Below, piece by piece: positions 1-8,755 of a DNA stretch of 64,000 nt. The position numbers were made by a program, and so were the translations under genes. How positions within the stretch are numbered: position 1 is the first letter of the stretch; the number at the start of each line of letters is the position of its first letter. Under the pieces are notes generated by a model. The model was not told the DNA's origin. It worked only from the letters and a program-made list of their open reading frames with translations, and made no database searches. The DNA lies in assembly GCA_020057295.1 (NCBI GenBank), contig JAGVGF010000002.1, positions 32,001 through 96,000 of the forward strand, read 5' to 3'. Source of the stretch: an archaeon. Lineage in GTDB: Archaea; Nanobdellota; Nanobdellia; Woesearchaeales; UBA9642.

Positions 1-240
1 TTTTTGTATGATTGGCATTATCTTCTCTTTATTTAAATCATCAAAGAACAACACATCTTTCACTTTTGCTTTTACAGTAATTGGTTCACCACAATCCTTA
101 AAATATATTATATCTTCTTTTTTTATATTATGCCAAGGAGTTCTTTTAGTCTTATACCATCGACTTTCTATAGTTTTCTGACCAGAAATAATTTTTTGCA
201 ATAATCTTCTCTTTTTATCAAGAATAGCTATGTGATCCAT
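1..240 (-). CDS. ASCH/PUA-like domain protein (partial, runs off window start)
   Basis: Hand translation from ATG at 240: MDHIAILDKKRRLLQKIISGQKTIESRWYKTKRTPWHNIKKEDIIYFK...; the I-x-S-G-x-K-T-I-E-x-R motif is typical of ASCH domains. Not in the ORF track. Confidence 0.75.
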   Translation of the reverse strand, partial: MDHIAILDKKRRLLQKIISGQKTIESRWYKTKRTPWHNIKKEDIIYFKDCGEPITVKAKVKDVLFFDDLNKEKIMPIIQK

Positions 241-275
241 AAAGCTCAATGTATTAATTTTCAATAATAAACAAG

Positions 276-349
276 GGCGGCCCGCGGGATTTGAACCCGC
301 CCGAGAAGATCCACAGTCTTCTATGCTGCCAGGCTACATCAGGGCCACC
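276..349 (-). tRNA. tRNA-His (GUG) with genome-encoded G-1, CCA not encoded
   Basis: Cloverleaf: acceptor GTGGCCC/GGGCCGC, anticodon arm GAAGA-CT-GTG-GA-TCTTC, T-arm GCGGG-TTCAAAT-CCCGC, discriminator C, G at -1 (349). Confidence 0.95.
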
Positions 350-387
350 ATAATAAAGAAAGAAAATAAAGTTTGTTTAAAAAGGTT

Positions 388-582
388 TTACTTCTTCTGT
401 AGTAATTTATATTGAAATGTTCCTAATACTATTCCTAAAACTACGAATGCCCATGCAATTGGAATTAGCACTTCTACATTATCTTGTGCTGCAAGTAATA
501 CTATTACTGCAATCACCATAAACACACCGCCTATTATTCCTGCTAAATCTGTTATTGGATTCCTATTTTTTGCTTCTGCCAT
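388..582 (-). CDS. Small two-TM membrane protein, unknown function
   Basis: 64 aa with two hydrophobic segments; SD GGAGGT upstream of the ATG. Confidence 0.7.
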   Translation of the reverse strand: MAEAKNRNPITDLAGIIGGVFMVIAVIVLLAAQDNVEVLIPIAWAFVVLGIVLGTFQYKLLQKK

Positions 583-658
583 ACTATTACCTCCTAATTA
601 TGTTATTATGCTTATTATTAATATCAATATTTATATATTTCATCATTTCCAAAGTAAT

Positions 659-1393
659 ATGGATAATCTTGATCAAGTAGGACAGCATTACATGATTGAT
701 AAGAAGTTAATTGAATTTATAGTAGATTCAGCAGATTTGAAAAAGACAGACGTAGTTCTTGAAATTGGTTATGGTAAGGGCGCATTAACAAAAAGTTTAG
801 TTAAAAAATGTAAAGTCGTAGCGGTCGATATCGAAGAGAATGATTTAGATTTTATAGATTATAAATTAACTATTGTTCACAGTAATATTCTTGATAATTT
901 TGAAGAATTGAATAAAAAATATCACTTTAATAAAATTGTTTCAAACATTCCTTATAATATTTCAGAACCTTAGATGAGAAAAATATTTAAGACGGAAATA
1001 CAATTGATAGTAATGACTGTTGGTGAAGATTTTGCTCAAGTCTTATCTAATGATAAAAGTCGTGTAGGGATAATTGCAAATTCACTTTATAATTTTAAGA
1101 TACTTAAAATTGTTCCACCAAAAGTTTTCAGACCAATGCCTAGAGTTAATTCTGCTGTTATTTCATTAGACTTAGTTAAATCTAATGCGATTTCAAAAAT
1201 GTATAAACAATTACTTTCTTTAGATGATAAAAAATTAAGAAATGCATTCGAGAAGATTCTTGTTGATAGAACAAAACGTGAAGTCAAAGAGTTAACAACA
1301 ATGCCTTTATTTTTGAAAAAATTTTACGAACTTGACAATAATGAGTTTGTGTTATTAAATAAGTTCATACATCTTCTATGTATGGAAAGATAG
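659..1393 (+). pseudogene. rsmA: 16S rRNA dimethyladenosine transferase KsgA/RsmA, interrupted by in-frame TAG at 971-973
   Basis: GQHYMID, VLEIGYGKGALT (motif I), SNIPYNIS (motif IV), then TAG-ATG in the same frame, then F-R-P-M-P-R-V-N-S-A-V. ORFs 608..973 and 974..1393 are one frame; likely start is the ATG at 659. Gene identity is secure, pseudogene status is not. Confidence 0.75.
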
Positions 1394-1417
1394 TTACTAT
1401 TTAGTAGTTACAATAGT

Positions 1418-1429
1418 AAACTTTATAAA
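1418..1429 (+). promoter_or_regulatory. Archaeal BRE/TATA element (leaderless transcript)
   Basis: AAACTTTATAAA ends 22 nt before the ATG at 1451; the same 12-mer and spacing occur at 27712-27723 and 28363-28374. Confidence 0.7.
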
Positions 1430-1450
1430 TCTGTGATTTTTTCTTAGAAT

Positions 1451-2236
1451 ATGAACTTAATAAAAGGCACTATGGAAAAATTAGAAGGAAGAGTAGCGGT
1501 TTACTCTAGGTTTATCCCTAATCCTAATGGTGATTGTAAAGATTGTAATCCTATTTTTTCCAATAGAGTTTTAGCGATGTATGGTTCAGAAAGTATTACA
1601 GAAATATCTGACATTTTAGGAACTCCTAAAGAATTTCTAAACAAGATGATGAGCGATGATGATCAATTAAAAGATTTACTAGGCAGTTCTAAAGAAGGAA
1701 GAAACATTTATGTTTCACCAATCGTTGCAACAGTGGAAGATCATGTTAAATCATACTCTGGTGATATCATATTATCAGGAAGTTTCAGTTGTCCAATAAA
1801 ATGTATTAAAGCAAATATGATGAATATGGAATTATACGAGATGCATTATGACGAGCAAGTGAGTAGATCAACAGGAATTAATGTTCAACACGCAAAAGAG
1901 CATAAAGGTACAAGAGTTTTATACGATAGAAAAATTCCTTCTCTAGAATTAAGAAATATTTTAATGAACGAATATATTATACCTTTATTAGATGCTTCAA
2001 CTAGTGGAGAAAAAGCGTATTTTGATGATGTTAGAAGTGGATTAATATTATTCAGTCAAGGTTCAGATTTCAAACCAGATGTTAGAGCATTATGCGAATG
2101 GATAGAATTAGCTAAGAAAAATATGAATCCTAAAGTAGTAGAATGTTATATTGACAAAATGGTTGCAATACATACTGAAGAATATTTAGTCGCAAAACAG
2201 AAAGATGATGCTATAAAAGCATTACTAAAAGTATAA
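1451..2236 (+). CDS. Hypothetical protein
   Basis: 261 aa open frame with TATA box at leaderless spacing; no family recognised. Confidence 0.7.
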   Translation: MNLIKGTMEKLEGRVAVYSRFIPNPNGDCKDCNPIFSNRVLAMYGSESITEISDILGTPKEFLNKMMSDDDQLKDLLGSSKEGRNIYVSPIVATVEDHVKSYSGDIILSGSFSCPIKCIKANMMNMELYEMHYDEQVSRSTGINVQHAKEHKGTRVLYDRKIPSLELRNILMNEYIIPLLDASTSGEKAYFDDVRSGLILFSQGSDFKPDVRALCEWIELAKKNMNPKVVECYIDKMVAIHTEEYLVAKQKDDAIKALLKV

Positions 2237-2237
2237 A

Positions 2238-3452
2238 TTATTTCATTTTGAGAATTTCTTTAGTCTTTTCTACGAATATTTTAGCTTCCTCTTCTGTATT
2301 ATACAAATAAAATGAAGCACGTGCACTTCCATCAATTTTATTATCATTAAACCATGAATGTACACAATGTCTTCCAGATCTAATCATTATGTTTGCATAC
2401 GAGTCAAGCAACAATGCTACTTCATGATGGTCCATCTTATTTTTTGCATTAAATGAAAATATTCCTGATCTAAGTTTCGGATCTTGTGGTCCTAAAATGT
2501 TCACGTGAGTATTTAATCCTTCAGTAATTATCTTGTTAAGTTTTAATTCATGAACGTGTATATCATCAATATATTTCTTTAAATATTCTACTGCTGCTCC
2601 AAGTCCTATAAAACCTGCATAGTCTTGCAATCCTGCTTCGTAACGTTCTGGTAATTGTGTAAATGTTGCACCATCATATGTTGTATCATCAACAGTACTT
2701 CCACCAGTAATAAATGGATCTAATCTATTCAAAAGTTCTTCTCTACCATATAATACTCCAGTACCGCTCGGACCGAGCATTTTATGACCAGAAAATGCTA
2801 AGAAGTCTACATCTAATTTTTTCACATCAACAGATTTATGCGGAACACCTTGTGCAGCATCAAGCATTACAACAGCATCATATTTACGTGCAATATTAAC
2901 AATTTCTTTTAACGGAATACTTGTACCATCCATATTACTAGTTTGTACCATTGACACAAATGAACGATTACTATTAGATTTAGCATGTTTTAATACATGT
3001 TCAAAATGTTGCAAGTCAAAACCTTCTTTAGTACTGATTCTTTCTCTACGTAAACCTTGTTGTCTCGCGACTAGTTGCCACGGTATAAGATTAGAATTAT
3101 GTTCCTTATCTGTAGATATTATTACATCACCTTTATGAAATTTAAAAGATTTAGCAACAAGATTAATACCCTCCGTAGTATTTTTCGTAAATATTATTTC
3201 CTTATCAGATTTTGCGTTAATAAATTTTCTAATGATAGAACGTGATTTACTAAATTCTTCAGTAGCCATTTTACTAAGTTTATGATGACTTCTTCCAGCA
3301 CATGCAGGATAATTATAATAATACTCATTCATCTTTTCAATGACTTGTCTAGGTCTTAAAGTCATACAAGCATTATCAAAATATATTATTGGCTTGCCAT
3401 TTAAGCCATTCTTTAGAATCGGAAAATCTTCACGCACTTTTAAAACATTCAT
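2238..3452 (-). CDS. sufS: SufS-type cysteine desulfurase (class V PLP aminotransferase)
   Basis: REDFPIL, IYFDNA, EHNSN, DAAQ, FSGHKMLGP (PLP lysine), RSGRHC (catalytic Cys), RASFYLYN. Confidence 0.92.
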   Translation of the reverse strand: MNVLKVREDFPILKNGLNGKPIIYFDNACMTLRPRQVIEKMNEYYYNYPACAGRSHHKLSKMATEEFSKSRSIIRKFINAKSDKEIIFTKNTTEGINLVAKSFKFHKGDVIISTDKEHNSNLIPWQLVARQQGLRRERISTKEGFDLQHFEHVLKHAKSNSNRSFVSMVQTSNMDGTSIPLKEIVNIARKYDAVVMLDAAQGVPHKSVDVKKLDVDFLAFSGHKMLGPSGTGVLYGREELLNRLDPFITGGSTVDDTTYDGATFTQLPERYEAGLQDYAGFIGLGAAVEYLKKYIDDIHVHELKLNKIITEGLNTHVNILGPQDPKLRSGIFSFNAKNKMDHHEVALLLDSYANIMIRSGRHCVHSWFNDNKIDGSARASFYLYNTEEEAKIFVEKTKEILKMK

Positions 3453-3510
3453 AGAATAACATAATTATTAACGATTTATATGTTTTATGGAATATACTGA
3501 TTAGAAAAAT

Positions 3511-3891
3511 TTATTTCTTCTTTTTCTCATAATTAGTATATTTTAGCGCCTTACCCTTCGAGAGTTTTAAAGGATATTTCTTTTCAGATATCTTGAGCTT
3601 TTCTTCAGACGCCTTGGACAAATCTACATCCAAAACACGAGCTAGTATTAGTAGAAAATGTAATGTGTCTGCAAGTTCGTAACTTATTTCTTTTCTATTT
3701 GCCGCACTCTTAAGATATTCTTTTATTTCCTCATCAGTTTTGAATCTGAAATGTTCAAGAATCTCACCAGATTCTATAGATAGTGCAATAGATACATCTT
3801 TTGGTGTGTGAAATTTATTCCAATCCCTAACTTTTAAGAATTTATCTAATGTGTCGCTCAATTCTGTTATAGTTGTTTTATTATCATTCAT
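3511..3891 (-). CDS. MazG-like nucleotide pyrophosphohydrolase (dCTPase-like)
   Basis: RDWNKFHTPKD, ESGEILEHF, ELAD, KYP motifs. Confidence 0.88.
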   Translation of the reverse strand: MNDNKTTITELSDTLDKFLKVRDWNKFHTPKDVSIALSIESGEILEHFRFKTDEEIKEYLKSAANRKEISYELADTLHFLLILARVLDVDLSKASEEKLKISEKKYPLKLSKGKALKYTNYEKKKK

Positions 3892-3905
3892 TTTCTAGTA
3901 AATAT

Positions 3906-4874
3906 TTATTTCCAGAACTCCCACCAAGAAATTCCAAGTTCTTTGTTTATTATTTTCTTGAATTCTGAATAATCTTTAGCTCCAACTAGTGATTGATTGT
4001 TAATGAAGAATGTTGGTGTGACAGTGATTCCTAGTGCTATGCCTTCACTGTATGTCTGTTCAACTAATGATTTATACTTTCCGCTGTTCAAGCATTCTGA
4101 AAATTGTGTATCATTCAGTCCAAGGTCTTTAGCATATCCTTTCAGATCTTCATCGAATTGTCGTTGTTGATTTGCAAACAAATATTCTCTATACTCCCAA
4201 TATCTTCCTTGATCAAGAGCGCAATGTGCAGCTTCGGTTGCTGGTTCCGCTGTCTCATGAGTTCCTCGAAGCGGAAAATCTTTGTAGATATATAAGATAT
4301 TGTCACCGTATTTTTTTATTAATCTCTTTACTGTAGGTTCTGCAAGTTTTGTGTAATGACACGAGTAGCAACCGTATTCTATAATAACTACTCCTGCCTG
4401 TGGATTACCGATATATGCGCCGTCAGTTATGGTTATGTTTTTTGGAGCAGTAAGTACAGCTCCTATGCTGTGTCCAGGAATTGCACAAATGGATCCTTCA
4501 GTTGTAGTATTTACTGGTTTAGTAGTTCCAAGTGGATCATATATGCAGAAACCACCTTGAGGACCATTACAATTACCATAAACTGCATAATTGTATAATC
4601 CTAATCCCATAAAGTATAATGTAACTAATGTTAATATTAAAAATATCCATGAGAATACTTCAAAATATTTGTAAGCTATTCTTCCAAGCCTTGGAGAAAA
4701 TTTTAGAAAACTTCCACTAATTTGACTTTTTAATCTTATATCGAGGCCAGTATCACACTTTCTTAACGTTATTTTCTTAAAAACACAATTAAATGCTTCC
4801 TTAGCAATAATTCTATATTTTACACTAAATATTCCAAGAATTCCGAATACAATTAATGCTATAATGCAAATCAT
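3906..4874 (-). CDS. Membrane-anchored DsbA/thioredoxin-fold protein with Cys-rich N-terminal membrane domain
   Basis: IIEYGCYSCHYT, YKDFPL, AAHCALDQGRYWEY, GITVTPTFFIN (cis-Pro loop); two N-terminal TM segments. Confidence 0.85.
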   Translation of the reverse strand: MICIIALIVFGILGIFSVKYRIIAKEAFNCVFKKITLRKCDTGLDIRLKSQISGSFLKFSPRLGRIAYKYFEVFSWIFLILTLVTLYFMGLGLYNYAVYGNCNGPQGGFCIYDPLGTTKPVNTTTEGSICAIPGHSIGAVLTAPKNITITDGAYIGNPQAGVVIIEYGCYSCHYTKLAEPTVKRLIKKYGDNILYIYKDFPLRGTHETAEPATEAAHCALDQGRYWEYREYLFANQQRQFDEDLKGYAKDLGLNDTQFSECLNSGKYKSLVEQTYSEGIALGITVTPTFFINNQSLVGAKDYSEFKKIINKELGISWWEFWK

Positions 4875-4952
4875 AATAATTGATTACCTTTATCTATTTA
4901 TTAAATTAATGAAAATATTAAAGAACTAAAATAAAAGAAAAAATAATTGCGT

Positions 4953-6056
4953 TTATACGCCGCATCCTGCCGCATTTGCTGCACCGACACTATCATATCC
5001 AAATCCTGCTCCAGGTGGTGTTGCACTTAATTGTGTTTGACACTCTGCTGGTGCATTATTGAATGCTCCACATATTCCTGCTAAGAAACTTGCTGAATCT
5101 CTTCCAGCATTAGATTGAACACCGTTAATTACTAGTGTTGGACTTCCGCCTACACCATATTTTGTGTTCAATGCTGCATCTGTATCGAATTTAGGGAATT
5201 GACCGCTTAGCCATGATGCCTTATCCTGGAAATTCTTTGTAATACCAAATTCTGTATCAGCTGCAACTTTACATGCATCTAATTTTGTTTTATCAACACC
5301 AGTGCTTGCAATACATGAAGTAATTGCTGAGTCGCTTCCTTGTCCAACGCTATCGTTTAAGAAACATGCTAAATATTTTAAGTATTTATCTGGCTGTTCT
5401 TTTTGTATACAGTATTGATTTAAGTTTTCTTTAACTTCTTTTTCACCGTGCATTGCATAATATACAAATCTTATTTTAAAGTCTACTTTATCACCAAGTG
5501 TTCTTACTGCAGGCAATATTCCTTTTTCAGCTTGAGTACCGAATGGACAGTATGCCATTACAAATAATTCAACAGTTGGTTTATCTGTTTTTGGAACTAC
5601 TGTTGGTTGCTGTGCCGCGGCTGCTGCTGCAGGTTGTACTGGTGCTGTCATATCAATTGCTGAAGGGAATAGTAATGAACCATCCTTAGAAGCATATGAA
5701 TTATATGGTCTACCAGCTACAGTCAAATTAATTTGGTATAATGAACCAGTATCTGTAACACTGTCAACTGTAAAAGTTTGACCTGCTACAGCATTCTTTA
5801 AATATGTTTCAGTCTTAGCTTTAACATCTGATGCACTTAAAGTTTTTCCAGTAACACTTGTACTACCGGAACTGCCGCCAAAGCCGCTAGTTGCTATAGA
5901 TGCTATAAATAATACCAGCAATACTACACTTACTGCTCCTAGAATCCATGTAGCAGTCTGATAAGTCTGATGTTTCCTATGCTGTTCATGTTCAATGTAT
6001 TTATGTTTATGTTCATGCTCATGTTTTGCATGTTTTTCAGAATCTTCTTCACTCAT
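4953..6056 (-). CDS. Membrane-anchored thioredoxin-fold protein (CPFG) with His-rich N-terminus
   Basis: TM anchor, YASKDGSLLF DsbC/G-like N-domain, ELFVMAYCPFG, MHGEKE, GVGGSPTLVING; SD GGGGTGA. Confidence 0.8.
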   Translation of the reverse strand: MSEEDSEKHAKHEHEHKHKYIEHEQHRKHQTYQTATWILGAVSVVLLVLFIASIATSGFGGSSGSTSVTGKTLSASDVKAKTETYLKNAVAGQTFTVDSVTDTGSLYQINLTVAGRPYNSYASKDGSLLFPSAIDMTAPVQPAAAAAAQQPTVVPKTDKPTVELFVMAYCPFGTQAEKGILPAVRTLGDKVDFKIRFVYYAMHGEKEVKENLNQYCIQKEQPDKYLKYLACFLNDSVGQGSDSAITSCIASTGVDKTKLDACKVAADTEFGITKNFQDKASWLSGQFPKFDTDAALNTKYGVGGSPTLVINGVQSNAGRDSASFLAGICGAFNNAPAECQTQLSATPPGAGFGYDSVGAANAAGCGV

Positions 6057-6235
6057 ATAAATTCACCCCAAACGCTTATCTCTATAAAGTCAGTATTGTA
6101 AAATAATGCCATACGACCCTTATGTACGAATATTAAAGCTTTATTTATATATTTTGTGAAAATTAGAGTATACATGGGGAGTATCCAAAAATATACCTTG
6201 TTATAGTAAACTTTAAAATATGAATAGTATAAGAT

Positions 6236-7054
6236 GTGTATATGGTTGAAAGTTTTAAGGATTCAATGTTTATGCATACTGTGCGTGCCATAAAATCTAA
6301 TCCGTTAATCTATTCTAAAATTGTATTAGCATACCTTATACTTTTTGTATTAATATTATTTGTTAACAGATTTACTAACTTGTTAATTCCAAATGTTACA
6401 GATTATATTTTATCTAAATTGATTACTTATAATAGTGATATTTTATTAAGAGTCTTATTATTATTACTATACATAATATTTTTTATACTATTAATTATGG
6501 TATATTCATTGTTTACATTAACAATTCTAGGATATGTTAGATCATTAACTGCAAAATATAAGCACGATTTCAGATTATTCAATAAGATGTTTTCATTAAA
6601 TATAGTATTAACACTCTTATTCTTATTACTATTATTTTTTGTAATGCCTGGAGTATTATCTGTAATTAGTACTAATGCATGGCTCACTGGAATAATTGTT
6701 GTAATGATTATAACAATATTTTTATTATATTATATATTCTTCAATTTTGTACAATCATTATTCATCATGGGTTTGCCTTTTAGAGATAATTTACATCATA
6801 GTTCTAGAGCATTAATTAGTAAAGCATATTATGGTGTGTTGCTAGTAACGTTCACAATACTATTAATATATGTAGCAACATATGCGCTATTAGGAGTACT
6901 ATTTGAGTATTATATATCGCAACATTATAACACATTTTTAAATGTGTCAACATATTTATCACTGATATTATTGTCGTTTCTGTTAGCATTCAATAATGTG
7001 TACTTCTATTTTATTACAAAACACAGAGTTGTGAAAAAAATCAAGAAGAGATAA
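6236..7054 (+). CDS. Multi-pass membrane protein, unknown function
   Basis: 272 aa with about six hydrophobic segments. Confidence 0.7.
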   Translation: MYMVESFKDSMFMHTVRAIKSNPLIYSKIVLAYLILFVLILFVNRFTNLLIPNVTDYILSKLITYNSDILLRVLLLLLYIIFFILLIMVYSLFTLTILGYVRSLTAKYKHDFRLFNKMFSLNIVLTLLFLLLLFFVMPGVLSVISTNAWLTGIIVVMIITIFLLYYIFFNFVQSLFIMGLPFRDNLHHSSRALISKAYYGVLLVTFTILLIYVATYALLGVLFEYYISQHYNTFLNVSTYLSLILLSFLLAFNNVYFYFITKHRVVKKIKKR

Positions 7055-7082
7055 ATTCTAGAATAATATTACTATACAGATT

Positions 7083-7715
7083 TTATCTAAATAAATGACT
7101 TCCCATAACTACAATATCTGCTCCTGCATCTGAACATTTTTCAGCTATGATATTATCTATTCCGCCATCAACTTCTATAAGATAATGATATTTATGTTTC
7201 TCACGTAATTCATTCAGTTTTTTGATTTTGTTTATGCTATGTTCTATAAATTTTTGTCCAGGAAGACCAGGGTGTACACTCATTACAAGCACAAGATCAA
7301 TCTTATCAAGATGTTTTACATGCTCTACAGCTGTGTCCGGATTAATACTTATTCCAACAAATTTTTTGTTCTTATGCAAAAATTCTATAGTTGTAGGGAA
7401 ATCACTCTTTAAAACTTCATTATGTATTATAAACATATCAGCAAGTATAAAAAAATCTTTCAAATACTTCTTATAATCTACAACCATTAAATGAGCTTCT
7501 TTTTTCTGTGCACATTTAATCTTGTGAACCATTTGAGGAGTAAAAGAGTTATATTTAACAAACACTCCATCCTCAATATCTAAGTGTAGAATCTGAAATT
7601 TATCTGACTTATTTTTTAGTGCATTATTGATTTTGTCGATCATCACATTGTCTGATTCCTTAAGAGCTTTAGCCTTAAATAAGAATCCTAATATTGATGC
7701 GCTAACTCTAACCAT
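7083..7715 (-). CDS. rpe: Ribulose-phosphate 3-epimerase
   Basis: HLDIEDG, EAHLMV, GISINPDT, LVMSVHPGLPGQKF, IEVDGGI, GADIVVMGS. Confidence 0.93.
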   Translation of the reverse strand: MVRVSASILGFLFKAKALKESDNVMIDKINNALKNKSDKFQILHLDIEDGVFVKYNSFTPQMVHKIKCAQKKEAHLMVVDYKKYLKDFFILADMFIIHNEVLKSDFPTTIEFLHKNKKFVGISINPDTAVEHVKHLDKIDLVLVMSVHPGLPGQKFIEHSINKIKKLNELREKHKYHYLIEVDGGIDNIIAEKCSDAGADIVVMGSHLFR

Positions 7716-7840
7716 TTCATCATTGAATAGATTTTACTTTATTAATTTTGTTAAACTGCTCATTAAACATAATATATAATTATATCATTATTAAACTTTA
7801 TATATTACTTGTTTCATGAACTCAGTTAAGGTGATTACAG

Positions 7841-8284
7841 TTGAAAATTAACAAAAAGGTCGGTCATGTTCTAGGATTTATAGCTGCAGACCATCGAGGA
7901 TATAAGTTAAAAGAATATTTAAAAGAGAAATTTCCTCTGATTGATTTAGGGACTTTTGAGGGAGAAAAATCTGTTGATTATCCTGATTACATAAAAAAAC
8001 TAACTAAGTACGTTCTGAAAGAAAAATCTCGAGGAATAGTAATCTGTGGGACAGGCATGGGTGTTAGTATGGCTGCGAATCGTGTTAAAGGAATAAGAGC
8101 AGGACTATGTAGAACAACAGATGATGCATACATGTCGCGATATCACAATAATGCAAATGTTCTAGCTTTAGGAGAAGATGTTACCACACCTAAAGATGCC
8201 GAAAGAATTGCAAAAAAATTTTTTGATACAGAATTCTCAAGCGAATTAAGACATAAACGTAGAATAAAGAAGATGGACAAATGA
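7841..8284 (+). CDS. rpiB: Ribose-5-phosphate isomerase B
   Basis: AADHRG, DYPD, ICGTGMG, ANRVKGIRA, HNNANVLALG, RHKRRI. Confidence 0.95.
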   Translation: MKINKKVGHVLGFIAADHRGYKLKEYLKEKFPLIDLGTFEGEKSVDYPDYIKKLTKYVLKEKSRGIVICGTGMGVSMAANRVKGIRAGLCRTTDDAYMSRYHNNANVLALGEDVTTPKDAERIAKKFFDTEFSSELRHKRRIKKMDK

Positions 8285-8745
8285 AAGAATCATTGAATAC
8301 TGATATTAAACCAAAAAATAAATATATTCATTATTTAGGATATTCATTCCTAATTGCATTCCTTTGGCAGATCGTCGGCCATGAAAATTATAGTTATAGT
8401 GTAGCATTTCCAGTAATATTTGGAATAAACACATATCCTTTACTTGTCTGGACACTAGGATTATGGATATTCGCAATATTCTTTACGTTCTTGTCCGCAA
8501 AATTTTCAAAATGGAAATTAGTAATATTTTCTATAGTACTTTACTGGATAGTGTTAATATCTTCAGAAACAATTGCTTATCACTATTTTGGATTTAGAGA
8601 TACTGCAGTAGCATCTTATCCTGGACTTCCATTATGTGATTGTATACACGGACCATTATGGATGCAAATAGTATATTTATTGATGGGTCCTATATTGATT
8701 GGAGTGTTATTATTTGTTGATAAATCTATTAAATTTAAAGAATAA
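8281..8745 (+). CDS. Membrane protein, unknown function
   Basis: About four TM segments; YPGLPLCDCIH motif; ATGA overlap with the rpiB stop. Confidence 0.7.
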   Translation: MKESLNTDIKPKNKYIHYLGYSFLIAFLWQIVGHENYSYSVAFPVIFGINTYPLLVWTLGLWIFAIFFTFLSAKFSKWKLVIFSIVLYWIVLISSETIAYHYFGFRDTAVASYPGLPLCDCIHGPLWMQIVYLLMGPILIGVLLFVDKSIKFKE

Positions 8746-8755
8746 TTTTTAATAA

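Noticed and set aside
608-658. N-terminal extension of ksgA given by the ORF track
   Set aside because: It is AT-rich promoter-like sequence; homology begins near the ATG at 659.
971-973. Genome-wide TAG reassignment or pyrrolysine
   Set aside because: TAG terminates several complete genes in the window (1393, 20537, 28332) and no other gene shows an internal TAG.
5976-6035. Repetitive DNA (tgttca/tgttt units)
   Set aside because: Explained by His/Glu/Lys codons in the N-terminus of the 4953..6056 protein.
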